64,000 nucleotides of DNA. It comes from Eledone cirrhosa. Its lineage: Eukaryota. The notes under the pieces were generated by a model, which had not been told where the DNA came from, made no database searches, and saw nothing but the letters and a program-made list of their open reading frames with translations. The stretch lies in NCBI GenBank assembly GCA_964016885.1, contig OZ024742.1, positions 297,042,001 to 297,106,000 on the forward strand, read 5' to 3'. Positions 52,392-64,000 of this stretch are shown here, piece after piece (the first letter of the stretch is position 1; each line of letters opens with the position of its first letter). Both the position numbers and the translations under genes were made by a program.

Positions 52392-52696
52392 CCATGTCTA
52401 AACTGAGAAGCAGTGTCATCACCCGAAGAAGTTCCTGCTTTGCTAACCTTTCTGTTTTTAGGCTATCTGGTCAATATTCGGTTCCTCATACCTTCTGTTC
52501 AATCTATTGATTTTTCTAAAGATAGTATGACAAATAACCAGATAGCTTTCTTCATAATACTCCTATATAGCAACACTCATATTTTATTCCAATCTATAAA
52601 GTATCTACAAAGTGTGAATATCTGAATATCCACTATTCAACTGATTGGTATGTTTTCCATGCCATCTGTGTGGATGTGGATATGTTATAAGCTCAG
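52392..52696 (-). pseudogene. Ig V-like pseudo-exon
   Basis: aattatttatag| ELITYPHP..GK..QLNSGYSD..IDWNKI..KAIWLFV..TEGMRNRILTR.. |gtaaga. Confidence 0.55.
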
Positions 52697-52986
52697 CTAT
52701 AAATAATTACAGATTATTTTAGTCAACTTTTTTCTTAATATATTTATAATAAAAAACACTACCTATGAATTTTGTTGAATTAAAAAAATTAATGAAGAAT
52801 TTCGAGCGATTTGGTACTTTAATTGACTTCCTCATTATTTAGCTGGTATTTGGAACCTAATGTAAAATGTTCTTCGATAAAATTATAATGGAAGTTTTTC
52901 TTTAGACAAATATAAAACATTCTAAAACAAGCAGTTATGTATCATGTTTCATGCAGTTTGGTATAATTTAAATTTTCAACACTCAC

Positions 52987-53465
52987 ATTATTTATATTAG
53001 TAACAAAAACATATCTCCAGGGTAATATATATATACATATAGACCTACACTATTTGTGTTTATTTCCATAGCATATTTGCATTCATTGCACAATGATAGC
53101 TAAACTAATAGTATTTTATAAAGGATGTAGCATAACTGGATGGTTAAGACAATCACTTCACAATCATATTCTTGAGGGTTTAGTTCTACTATGTGGAAAC
53201 TTGAATAGGTGTTTTGCCATAGTATCAAGTCGACACAAATCCTGTGAATGAAATTGAATACCCAGAAACTAGATGGATTGTATCTGTCATTCAAATGTCC
53301 AGCCTTTTCACACTGATTTAACTTGGAAACTATGTGTCTATAGAATACTCTAACATTAGGATGTTTAGTTGATTGAAGAACTAAATATACATCGATGAAA
53401 GCAAGACATTCCAACATGATGGAAATATAATCTGTTCAGGTCTGGGTAATATGTTATAAACTCAT
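52987..53465 (-). pseudogene. Duplicate of the 52696 V-like exon, interrupted by a SINE (~53130-53410)
   Basis: tctgcaattatttaaag|ATGAGTTTATAACATAT vs tctgtaattatttatag|CTGAGCTTATAACATAT; donor gtgagt at 52986. Confidence 0.45.
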
Positions 53466-54463
53466 CTTTAAATAATTGCAGACAAATGATTTCACTTAAT
53501 CTAAATGTTCAACATGTTTTATTTATTCTAGTGACAAGAACATATCATTAATATAACTTACATATAATTCTGAACTTACGATGAGTTCGGAAGTAGCTGT
53601 TGAAACAGCAGGAGCTCAGCTGTCGGGGTCCCAAATCCTTCATATTACCACACTCTACTACCCCACGTATCGAGTACTCTGGTGAGTCTAACATGCTTTT
53701 AATGCATCCATTCTGATTCAATTACATATATACAACTATATTATATGTGTCTATTTCCAAGGCAAGTTGACAGCTAAAGCATATTGTCTATTTAACTAAT
53801 ATTTTATTTTGTGTAGTGGATTGGCAGAATCGGTAGAGCGTCGGAAAAAATAATTAGCAGCATAGAGTTATGGCCTTTTGCGTTCTCATTTCAACTCCTG
53901 CCAAGGTTAGCTTTGCCTTTCATCCTTACAAGGTCGACAAAATAATGTACCAGTAATGCACTAGGGTCAATTTAATTGACTTTCTCTCTCCCCCAAAACT
54001 GTTGACCTTGTGCCTAAATCAGAAACCATTATTTTATTTTGTGAGGATGAAACATGGCCAAATGGTTTAAGAAGTTTGTTTTGCAATTATTAAATATCAA
54101 GCTTAACTCTATTGCATAACACATTTGGGCAAGTGCCATTTACAATAGACTCAGTACAACCTAAGAATTGTGAGTGAAATTGAGTAGACAGAAATTCTGT
54201 GAAAGCTTGTCAGATGAAGTGTGTTTGTAATTTAAAGAGCCAGCATTTTCACTCACATAATCTCCCTGAGAATTATGTTAAGGGTACAAGTGACTGGGGA
54301 ATGCTCCATCGCATTCATATTAATTTCATGAGAAAGTTGATCCATAGATCAAACAATTGAACACTCATTTTATAAAGGAAGCAGGCATAGAATTATTTTA
54401 GGATCAAATACCCAACAGTCAAACTTAAACCATTGGACATTTCTACCCTATAATACATATATA

Positions 54464-56595
54464 TATAGACATAGAATATTCGAAAATATTCTGTATGTTT
54501 ATAATAAACATTTTGAAGACCTAATCGCTATAGAATAGAATACGTCACGTATTACAATTAGATTCTCGATAAAAGCAAGGGAAGTAATCTACGCGTTTCA
54601 TTCTTGTTAGAAATCATCAGGACTACATATCCAGTGCTTTTATCGAGAATGACACAGCTAGAGACTTATAGAATACTTAGCTGTGTACAGGAACTGGTTT
54701 GAAAGAGCGGTTGCCGGTCCGGCAGAAATTAGAAATTGGAATAAATGCTCTGAAATAGCGATATATATGTGAATATAGACATAGAATATTCGAAAATATT
54801 CTGTATGTTTATAATAAACATTTTGAAGACCTAATCGCTATAGAATAGAATACGTCACGTATTACAATTAGATTCTCGATAAAAGCAAGGGAAGTAATCT
54901 ACGCGTTTCATTCTTGTTAGAAATCATCAGGACTACATATCCAGTGCTTTTATCGAGAATGACACAGCTAGAGACTTATAGAATACTTAGCTGTGTACAG
55001 GAACTGGTTTGAAAGAGCGGTTGCCGGTCCGGCAGAAATTAGAAATTGGAATAAATGCTCTGAAATAGCGATATATATGTGAATATAGACATAGAATATT
55101 CGAAAATATTCTGTATGTTTATAATAAACATTTTGAAGACCTAATCGCTATAGAATAGAATACGTCACGTATTACAATTAGATTCTCGATAAAAGCAAGG
55201 GAAGTAATCTACGCGTTTCATTCTTGTTAGAAATCATCAGGACTACATATCCAGTGCTTTTATCGAGAATGACACAGCTAGAGACTTATAGAATACTTAG
55301 CTGTTTATGTCTATATTCACATATATATCGCTATTTCAGAGCATTTATTCCAATTTCTAATTTCTGCCGGACCGGCAACCGCTCTTTCAAACCAGTTCCT
55401 GTACACAGCTAAGTATTCTATAAGTCTCTAGCTGTGTCATTCTCGATAAAAGCACTGGATATGTAGTCCTGATGATTTCTAACAAGAATGAAACGCGTAG
55501 ATTACTTCCCTTGCTTTTATCGAGAATCTAATTGTAATACGTGACGTATTCTATTCTATAGCGATTAGGTCTTCAAAATGTTTATTATAAACATACAGAA
55601 TATTTTCGAATATTCTATGTCTATATTCACATATATATCGCTATTTCAGAGCATTTATTCCAATTTCTAATTTCTGCCGGACCGGCAACCGCTCTTTCAA
55701 ACCAGTTCCTGTACACAGCTAAGTATTCTATAAGTCTCTAGCTGTGTCATTCTCGATAAAAGCACTGGATATGTAGTCCTGATGATTTCTAACAAGAATG
55801 AAACGCGTAGATTACTTCCCTTGCTTTTATCGAGAATCTAATTGTAATACGTGACGTATTCTATTCTATAGCGATTAGGTCTTCAAAATGTTTATTATAA
55901 ACATACAGAATATTTTCGAATATTCTATGTCTATATTCACATATATATCGCTATTTCAGAGCATTTATTCCAATTTCTAATTTCTGCCGGACCGGCAACC
56001 GCTCTTTCAAACCAGTTCCTGTACACAGCTAAGTATTCTATAAGTCTCTAGCTGTGTCATTCTCGATAAAAGCACTGGATATGTAGTCCTGATGATTTCT
56101 AACAAGAATGAAACGCGTAGATTACTTCCCTTGCTTTTATCGAGAATCTAATTGTAATACGTGACGTATTCTATTCTATAGCGATTAGGTCTTCAAAATG
56201 TTTATTATAAACATACAGAATATTTTCGAATATTCTATGTCTATATTCACATATATATCGCTATTTCAGAGCATTTATTCCAATTTCTAATTTCTGCCGG
56301 ACCGGCAACCGCTCTTTCAAACCAGTTCCTGTACACAGCTAAGTATTCTATAAGTCTCTAGCTGTGTCATTCTCGATAAAAGCACTGGATATGTAGTCCT
56401 GATGATTTCTAACAAGAATGAAACGCGTAGATTACTTCCCTTGCTTTTATCGAGAATCTAATTGTAATACGTGACGTATTCTATTCTATAGCGATTAGGT
56501 CTTCAAAATGTTTATTATAAACATACAGAATATTTTCGAATATTCTATGTCTATATTCACATATATATCGCTATTTCAGAGCATTTATTCCAATT
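54464..56595. repeat. 310-bp tandem array with an internal inversion; each unit carries a hammerhead ribozyme (retrozyme-like)
   Basis: ~2.7 units 54464-55304, then ~4.2 reverse-complement units 55306-56595; units appear identical. Confidence 0.95.
55463..55505 (+). ncRNA. Minimal type I hammerhead ribozyme (also 55773, 56083, 56393 on +; 54584-54626, 54894-54936, 55204-55246 on -)
   Basis: gtagtc-CTGATGA-tttct aaca agaat-GAAAC-GC-GTA-gattac; intact core, stem I gtagtc/gattac, palindromic ACGCGT stem III. Confidence 0.88.
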
Positions 56596-56623
56596 ACATA
56601 TATATATAATATGTATATGCATA

Positions 56624-56972
56624 TGGAGGCACATGGCTTAGGGGTTAGAGCATTGGCCTTGCAATCGAAAGGTTATGAGTTCAATTCTCAGACCGGGTGA
56701 TGTGTTGTTTCCTTGAGCAAGACACTTTATTTCACATTGCTCCAGTTTACTCAGCTGTAGAAATGAGATGATAAGGACTGAGGTCCATATCATTCCACTG
56801 CAAAGTGGTCGTGGAGGTGCCACAGCAAAAAAAGCACCCAGCACTCACTGTAAATGAGGTTGGTGTTAGGAAGGGCATCCAGCTGTAGAAATCAAGCCAG
56901 AATCAGTTCCCGTCTCACCCTTGCAAGCAGGGAAAAAGCGGACGTAAAATGAAATGATGATGATGATGATGA
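56624..56972 (+). mobile_element. SINE family B, full length
   Basis: Near-identical to the reverse complement of 17315-17657. Confidence 0.85.
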
Positions 56973-57104
56973 TATATAGACACACATGTACACACACATA
57001 TATACGTGTATTTCATGTGTGTGTATATATCATTGAAGAGATGCTGCATGACTATCTAATATATATGTATGTAAATAAAATCTTATTGAATATATACATC
57101 TAAG

Positions 57105-57383
57105 TCGTACTTCAAGTGCACTTAGCCTGGCAGCAAAACAGGCAATATTATGTGTGATATAACCTAAATTACATTGGATACGTTGAGTGCAGCATCTTGT
57201 GCTATTTGATTTTTTAAATGAGTTTCATTTGTTTTTAAGAATAAGTGTTATAAGACACAAATGGTAAGATTTGGGTAGAGATGTTGTCTCCTTAGTCACA
57301 AAATCCACCAGTAGCAATTAGAATTTTAAGGTGTATTTTTGCAAAATATATTACAATTGCACTAATCAGCTTCGAGGGAGCAA
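57105..57383 (+). pseudogene. Ig V-like pseudo-exon
   Basis: One frame: AKQAILCVI*PKLHWIR*VQHLVLFDF..DVVSLVTKSTSSN*NFKVYFCKIYY |gtaaat; C..W..YFC spacing fits Ig. Confidence 0.5.
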
Positions 57384-57793
57384 GTAAATATAATACAATA
57401 CAATAGATTCTGTTCAGAGATAGAATATTTAATACTCAAAGGAACTACCAAAGTTTTATTGCTAAGGAAAATAAAAATTGCCTGCAAACATCCTACATAT
57501 TATGACTTTAGCACTATTCTGAATATTTGCTGAATACTTTACATGCAACACAATTTAAATCTGATTCAATCAATTATAGTATATACAAATAAAATATATC
57601 AATATATCAATATATGACAAGCAAAGTCGTTAGGGCTTCAGCTTCAGATTTAATTTTTTACTGTATTGCTCTGGCTCTCTGCACTTTAGGTTCACACTCT
57701 GTCAAGATAACTTTAGCCTTTCACCCTTTTTAGATAACTAAATACCAATCCAGAGCTGGGAAATGGCAGGATTTTCAAATTATTAGATGAGAT

Positions 57794-58220
57794 ACAGCCC
57801 ACACTGTAAAGTGGTCATGATGGTGACATGACAAAAAGCACCCAGCCCACATTGTAAAGTGTTAATGATGGCAACATGACATAACTCATCCAGCCCATAC
57901 TGTAAAGAGGTCATGCAGGGGTGACACAACAAAAAAGCACCATGCCCACAATTTAAAGCGCCTGTGATGGCAACATGACACAAAGCATCCAGCCCTCATT
58001 GTAAAATGGTCATGTAAGTGTGTCATGACAAAAAGCATCCAGTACTCAATGTAAATATGGTTGGCATTAGGAAGAGCATCCAACTGCAGAAATTAAGCCA
58101 AAATCAGTTCTGCATGAGGAATACATGGTCACCTGATCTGGCCTATCTCAAAACATGATAACTTGTCAAATCCATGCTAGCTTGGAAAAATGGATATTAT
58201 ATGGTGATGGTGATGATGAT
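57794..58220 (+). mobile_element. RTE 3' UTR with expanded minisatellite
   Basis: ~6 copies of a ~48-bp cagcccacactgtaaagtggtcatgatgg unit, then the shared tail. Confidence 0.75.
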
Positions 58221-58463
58221 ACATTGTGGTATCAATTCTAGTACTCTGCATTCTGAGTTCAAAGTCTTGCTAAGGATTCAAATCCCACCAAATCTAGAGC
58301 TAATTATGCAAACACAGCACCACAATGGACCATGAAAGCCACAATGGATGGAGAGTGGGACTGTAGCTAGCTGCTAATGGAGTTGAATAATTGTGATGAT
58401 ATATATGAATATATATATCAATTCACATACACAAACATGTGTACACACACACCCACATATATA

Positions 58464-58585
58464 CCATGGTCTGCTGAAAAGTTCATAGGGTGACGAAGAT
58501 ACTCTCATGGAATGTGACCAAATAAGGTTAATTTTTCAACATAGTCCCCCTTGAGGTCCACACATTTCTTCCGGTGTTTTTTGAA
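58464..58585 (+). mobile_element. Mariner-like terminal fragment
   Basis: ggtctgctgaaaagttc ... tttttcaacatagtcccccttgaggtccacacatttctt. Confidence 0.5.
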
Positions 58586-58736
58586 TAGTTAGATGTTAGT
58601 TTATCCAGAAAGAAACAATGCAGATATGAATAGGAAGAGTTGAAATTAATGCATGCAAGACTTCACAACTCTAGCATCACTCCTTAATGAACGTTTCAGC
58701 TCAGCCTTGTATATATATATATATATGTATACATAC

Positions 58737-58773
<37 letters not shown>

Positions 58774-58857
58774 AATGTGTGTGTGTGTGTGTGTATACAT
58801 ATCTATATATATACATATATACATGTATATGTGTGTGTGTATATACATATATATATA

Positions 58858-58904
<47 letters not shown>

Positions 58905-59335
58905 AAATATATATATATATATATATGTATGTAAAAGGTAAACAGAAATAAAAACACAATTGGTACAGTATATGGAAGGGTTATATTAGGTTAACGCTTG
59001 ATATAGCAGGAAGAGGATCTTAATGTTTCAGATATATATATAGTATAAAAATATATAATTCTACAATTGTGTTGCTAGTCTTTATCTCCATTACTTGGTC
59101 TGGTGAATCTAATTTTCTATTAGAGTGTATTAATCAAATCCTGTTGTAATATCATAGAAAGTGTGTGTATGTGTATGTGTGTTGGTGTATTAGTGTGTGT
59201 GAGTGTGTGTGTTTGTGTGCATATGTATGGATGTTTGTGAATGTCTGTGTTTGGATGAGTGTATGTGGAGAGTGGGTTAATGACAAAAGTTTTCTTTGAT
59301 TTGTCATGGAAGGATTGGTCAAACACAGGACATTT

Positions 59336-59695
59336 TATTATCCTCACGTCCATTATCAACATCGTCTTTATTACCATCTTTATAATTGTAATCATAATCA
59401 TCAGTATCATCCTCATCATCACCATAAACATCCTCATTACCACCATCACCACCATCATCAACACCATCACTATCAACAACACTACCACCACTATCAACAT
59501 CAACACCACCTTCACTTCCACCACAATCATCAACATTACCACCACCATAAACATCAATATTAACATTACCACCATCACTATCAACAACACTACCACCACC
59601 ATCAACATCAATATTACTACCACCACCATCACAATAAACAACACTACTATCTGCACCGCTATGTTCCCTAACAACATCAACACCAGTTACTACAG
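59336..59695. repeat. Degenerate (CAY/AAC)n trinucleotide low-complexity tract
   Basis: Direct inspection; explains the Thr/Ile/His/Val-rich ORFs. Confidence 0.9.
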
Positions 59696-59916
59696 TAGTT
59701 ATATTTATCAGTCATCACACTACATCATTCGGTCTATCATATCAGCAACTTTGTTTACCTATAAAATATTGTTTGACGAGGATGTGTCTACCTAAATTAT
59801 TGTTATGTAACAATTGATGGGGACCTCTGAAATGTACATAACGGTTGGTAATTCAATAAAGTGAAGTATGAAAAAGAAGAACCTTGTCCTCATATTTATC
59901 AAGATATATACATTAT

Positions 59917-60910
59917 ACAGGTTCCTCCTCAAAATATGATCTATGCAACATACAACCACTCACTTATATTTCTCTGTGAACTGCCATTTTCTCTTGTCAT
60001 TCATTTTGCTTCAGCAGTTACATTCGAATATTCCTACATTCATGCTCATGCATAATTCTGAATAACATCATCATCATGAGTTCTCTTACTGTCATTTATA
60101 CTACAGCAAACATATCACAACCTCCTTGCTTATATTCTAAAGTTTTACTATTACTAACAAAGATATACAAAACGATCTTTCACTTTATAAAAGCAAGGGA
60201 GAAGGAGCGGATGAAGTCACTTAATTTGGAAGTTCAAATAAATCTAATTAGCCAACATGAAATAAGGGGAAAAGTAGATGCTATGGCACATGATATACAG
60301 TTGTCTCATCCAATGCCCACTGTTATTCAAGACAAGGAAATTGTTATGGCACAGTGAAAGGTTCAGTCACCATGCAGTCGATGGTAATAATACAAAGGTA
60401 ACAAAGACCTATCCATGAAATGCAGAATTTAATGATGCTCAAGGTCGAAAATCAGGTGCTCATAAGCCTATTAGTAAGACAAGCTTTGAAGAAACTAATT
60501 GAAAAGGAATATATATGGAAAAGATCCAAGCTAGTAATGGATAGTTTAATCGCTTCCCAAAAAATAAAATAATAGCAATAATGTGGATAATATCTTAGAA
60601 ATAGGAGAAGCAGCAAGTGCTGTAGTTTCTGAAATGTTTATTGAAACTTTGGATAATTTAATCAGAGGAGAAGGATATTTAGCAAAATGGAATTTCAAAG
60701 TGGATGAGACTGGATTATATTGGAAGAGGATGCCTGAACGAACATACATATAACATGTATTAGATTTATAGTAGCGTACATATGAGTAATGCGATATAAA
60801 ATCCCCTTCACCCCCTGCTAGGCTATACATATGTCTTCAGGTTACATAATCCATATTTACTTATAACCAACTGATTGTAAAATAATCTGGTTGTAATTCG
60901 AGGTGTGTTC
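59917..60910 (+). mobile_element. Tigger/pogo transposon relic
   Basis: KERMKSLNLEVQINLISQHE (HTH); QASNG*FNRF; GEAASA; FKVDETGLYWKRMPERTYI. Confidence 0.85.
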
Positions 60911-61005
60911 ATATACATATATACATACACGATGGCTGCAACTCGATTTTGAGTAATGCTATAATTTGATACTTAAGCATGAGCAGCAAGGATGTCGCTT
61001 TTTAG

Positions 61006-61479
61006 TCTGCTATGGACTTGCCTATGGTCAGCCACACCATGCAATGCAAAAGATGTCACATATCAAGCGATGCCTGTACATACATACATAATGGTGTTGT
61101 CCTGGTACATGGCATGCCTTTAAAACATGACAGCCAATCCCTCTTCAGGTATGAAGACATACAATTTCTTCAAGAGAAAGTGTGAGAATCACAAAAAGAC
61201 AAGAGGAACCAACCTCAGCCCATAACTGGTAATTTATTTATCACCCTAGAAAGGCATAATTCACCTCAATGGGATTTGAACTAAGAGTGCAAAGAGCCAT
61301 TTAATGGAATTCCTTAATGACTCTACCATACATAAAATATTATGAACCTGAAAGGTGTTTGAATTTAGTTGTATCAAAACAATTTTACAATACAGAAAAG
61401 AAGCAAATTTCCAGATGACAAGAAATTGTAAGCTCAATTTTAGAATGTATAATCGGTATTTTTTATGGTGTGGCACCAG
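61006..61479 (+). pseudogene. Possible Ig C2-like pseudo-exon split by a SINE
   Basis: CNAKDVTYQAMPVHTYIMVLSWY ... ERCLNLVVS..SSILECIIG |gtaatg. Confidence 0.3.
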
Positions 61480-62099
61480 GTAATGACCAAAAGAATACGA
61501 TCATGAATACACGTGGCCAGAATGATTTTTTTCCCCAAGTTGGGGAGAAATGATTGCAAGAAGTTCTAGATTGGTGGAAGACATATAAGATTTACTAATT
61601 CCTAAATACTCCCTAATTTGTTCTATTTTTCTAATGTTTTCACATATCTATCCAAATATATCATGAATATGTATATATTTATATATAAAAATGATGGGAT
61701 GGAGCAATTTAATATGTGCATCTGAAAATTAAAATCTTCACTACATCTGAAAATTAAAATCTTCACTACATTTCGTTTTCCACACTTGTCAATATTTCTG
61801 CTATCATTCATCAATGATTTTCTTCTAAAGCAGCTTTTTAGTTGGCAATAATTTGTGTCCTTGGGAAAGACACTTTATTTCTCATTGTTCTGGTTCACTC
61901 AGCTAGAGAAAATGGGCTGAACTAGTAATTTAAATGACCAGTCTTATACCACTTTCGGAAAATTGCATTAAGAGTGCACGTGTCTGTGGAATGTTCAGCC
62001 ACATGCATGTTAATTTAACGGATAAGTTGTTCTGTTGATCAGACTACTGGAACTTTCATCATCAGAACCGGCAGAGTTCCAAGACATTTAAATTGTCAG

Positions 62100-62451
62100 C
62101 CAGGATCAGGACGGTTCTCTTTCATTGAATGTTACAGAACAACATTAAGTATTTAGATAGACGTTTCCGAATATGTTTATCTTTGGAAGTCTTTTAAATG
62201 TCTGACTCGTCTCCTTTGAATAAGGCAATAACCGACATTAGCAGACATCCTTCAATCCTATCAATTCAAGCATGATAAGATTCGAATAAATGAAAGAATA
62301 CATTTGAAGAATATTTTTTTTATTCTCTCAATTACTTAGAATTCTAAAACATGTTCAAATACAATAGAAATTATGAGTTGTGTGATGCCAACAATGACAT
62401 ATAGGATTATAGAATTTGAAGAATAATTCATTAAAATCTGAGTCTTTGTTT
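62100..62451 (+). pseudogene. Ig C2-like pseudo-exon
   Basis: aaattgtcag| PGSGRFSF..KSFKCLTR..FILSIT*NSK..IEIMSCVM..FIKI*VFV |gtgaat, one frame with stops; FKC as at 8391. Confidence 0.45.
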
Positions 62452-62735
62452 GTGAATGTCTCTGCTATATCTTTTTTTTTATTGTGTGTATTATATGAAC
62501 AAACACACACATACATAAATATATATGTTTATATATATATATATAAAATAATTAAGTCAAATATGTAAAATTTGGCTTCATTTATTATAAATTATAGATA
62601 TACTGCTATATATATTTCGGTGACAGCCATCATTGACCGTCCGAATTGGTGTGGGAAAGACAGGTACACATGTTGTTGAAGTGTGTTTTACTCCATCAAT
62701 ACATCGATATATATATATATATACATAAACACACG

Positions 62736-62777
<42 letters not shown>

Positions 62778-62789
62778 TACTTCTAATGC

Positions 62790-63110
62790 CTAGGTTTTTC
62801 CTTCAGTAGACTTGGGCTCCACCAGTCATACATACTGATATCTAGTAGAACATATTTCCTTTCTTTCCAGCCTTCACATATCCTCTAAATTCAGGGTGCC
62901 TGACTCACTACCACTTAATATCACACTTCATACACATGAACCATACAGTCATATAAAGAAGCTCTTTTGTTGACAACAGAAGTTATAGTTCCCTGAACAT
63001 TTTCAACCACACCCTCATTCTGGTCACTATGCTTTCGGAACACCCACTGCCACTGGTGATTAAGTCTCCTAGAAGTTACCAACTTCTAATGAATATTGTG
63101 TACAACTGAA
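62790..63110 (-). mobile_element. Old RTE LINE fragment
   Basis: SGSGCSESIVTRMRVWLKMFREL..SGSESGTLNLEDM*RLER. Confidence 0.7.
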
Positions 63111-63666
63111 ATATTCCATTGTCATATCTATTTTATTATAGGCTTTAGGGTGGTGGATTGGCAGTATCGGTAGAGGGTCTGATGCCATGCTTTGCAGCAA
63201 AGAGTTACGGCCCTTTATGGTCTGAGTTCAAATCCCGCTGAGGTTAACTTTGCCTTTTATCCTTACGGGGTCGATAAAATAAAGTACCAGTTATACACTG
63301 GAATAATTGCTGGCCTTGTGCCAAAAGTAGAAATAATTATAGGCTTTAAACAAATTGGTTTGATAAATGTCCTTACGCATGAAACTCCTGAAGCTTCACC
63401 GCTATAATAAAATATATATTACTCTCTACATATATTGAATTTTGTTTCTCGCATTTGCACAACCAAACCTGTCAGGGATATAAATTTTGCTATTCAAAAA
63501 AAAAAACAGAATGTAAAAGTATCAATAATAAATATATTAAATAATAAATATATAAACACTGATTTAATTTCTTGGAGTATTTAATGAGAATTCATCTAGA
63601 TTTAGAAAACTATATATCTGTTATACCAGTGCATGAATTGATTTAATTGAAGTTATAAAATCTTAC

Positions 63667-63951
63667 AAGAGTCCTGCTTTCGTGAAGTTTTCTATATGAT
63701 GAAAAATACACAAATAACACAAGAATCAAGATAAGAAAAAGCCAGAGAAAATATATAAAGGTTTTATAGAGCTTAATGTATTTTTAAAATCTGCTGTTTT
63801 CTAATTGACAAAGCTTATTTCTATGATAACAGTTAATGAGAAGTGGTTATAATTTATTATGTCTTCTGTGAAATCAGATAATGTAAAACATGGTTTGAAA
63901 TCACTTTAACAAACATAGTGTCAATGTAAAGATGTAATGAACAGGTTTCTA
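63667..63951 (-). pseudogene. Possible Ig pseudo-exon, 285 nt, phase 1/1
   Basis: gaattttcag| ..MFVKVISNHVLHY..NLYIFSLAFSYLDSCVIC.. |gtaaga. Confidence 0.35.
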
Positions 63952-64000
63952 CTGAAAATTCTAATTTGTTATTTAGGTAAAAGATTATATATCTTCCATT

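Noticed and set aside
54464-56595. CRISPR-like or ordinary satellite array
   Set aside because: No unique spacers; identical 310-bp units with hammerhead cores point to a retrozyme/pLTR origin.
59120-59795. Hydrophobic, Thr-rich and His-rich ORFs resembling a membrane protein or mucin
   Set aside because: Degenerate trinucleotide repeat open in several frames; no supporting exon structure.

Overview
AT-rich, microsatellite-dense animal DNA. The SINE/RTE repertoire suggests an octopus (my inference, not checked). No intact host protein-coding gene is visible, and most short ORFs in the track are artefacts of (TA)n/(TG)n repeats or SINEs. Recognisable mobile DNA: a near-full-length decayed RTE LINE (37.3-41.4 kb, -) plus several RTE fragments and RTE-tailed SINEs, an internally deleted Gypsy LTR element with a tRNA-Trp PBS (22.1-24.9 kb), a Penelope-like element with an inverted 5' part (27.3-29.6 kb), a ZMYM1-type hAT relic (29.6-32.1 kb), and Helitron, Tigger, mariner and piggyBac-type pieces. 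Two layers are not shown by the ORF track. (1) About 30 splice-site-bounded, mostly pseudogenised immunoglobulin-domain exons (V-, C2- and I-like) lie on both strands across the whole window, with a candidate TM exon: apparently the relic of a large, unannotated IgSF receptor cluster. These were read by eye and need HMM confirmation. (2) Many minimal type I hammerhead ribozyme motifs occur in Penelope-pLTR/retrozyme-like units, including a near-perfect 310-bp tandem array that switches orientation midway (54.5-56.6 kb, 7 hammerheads).
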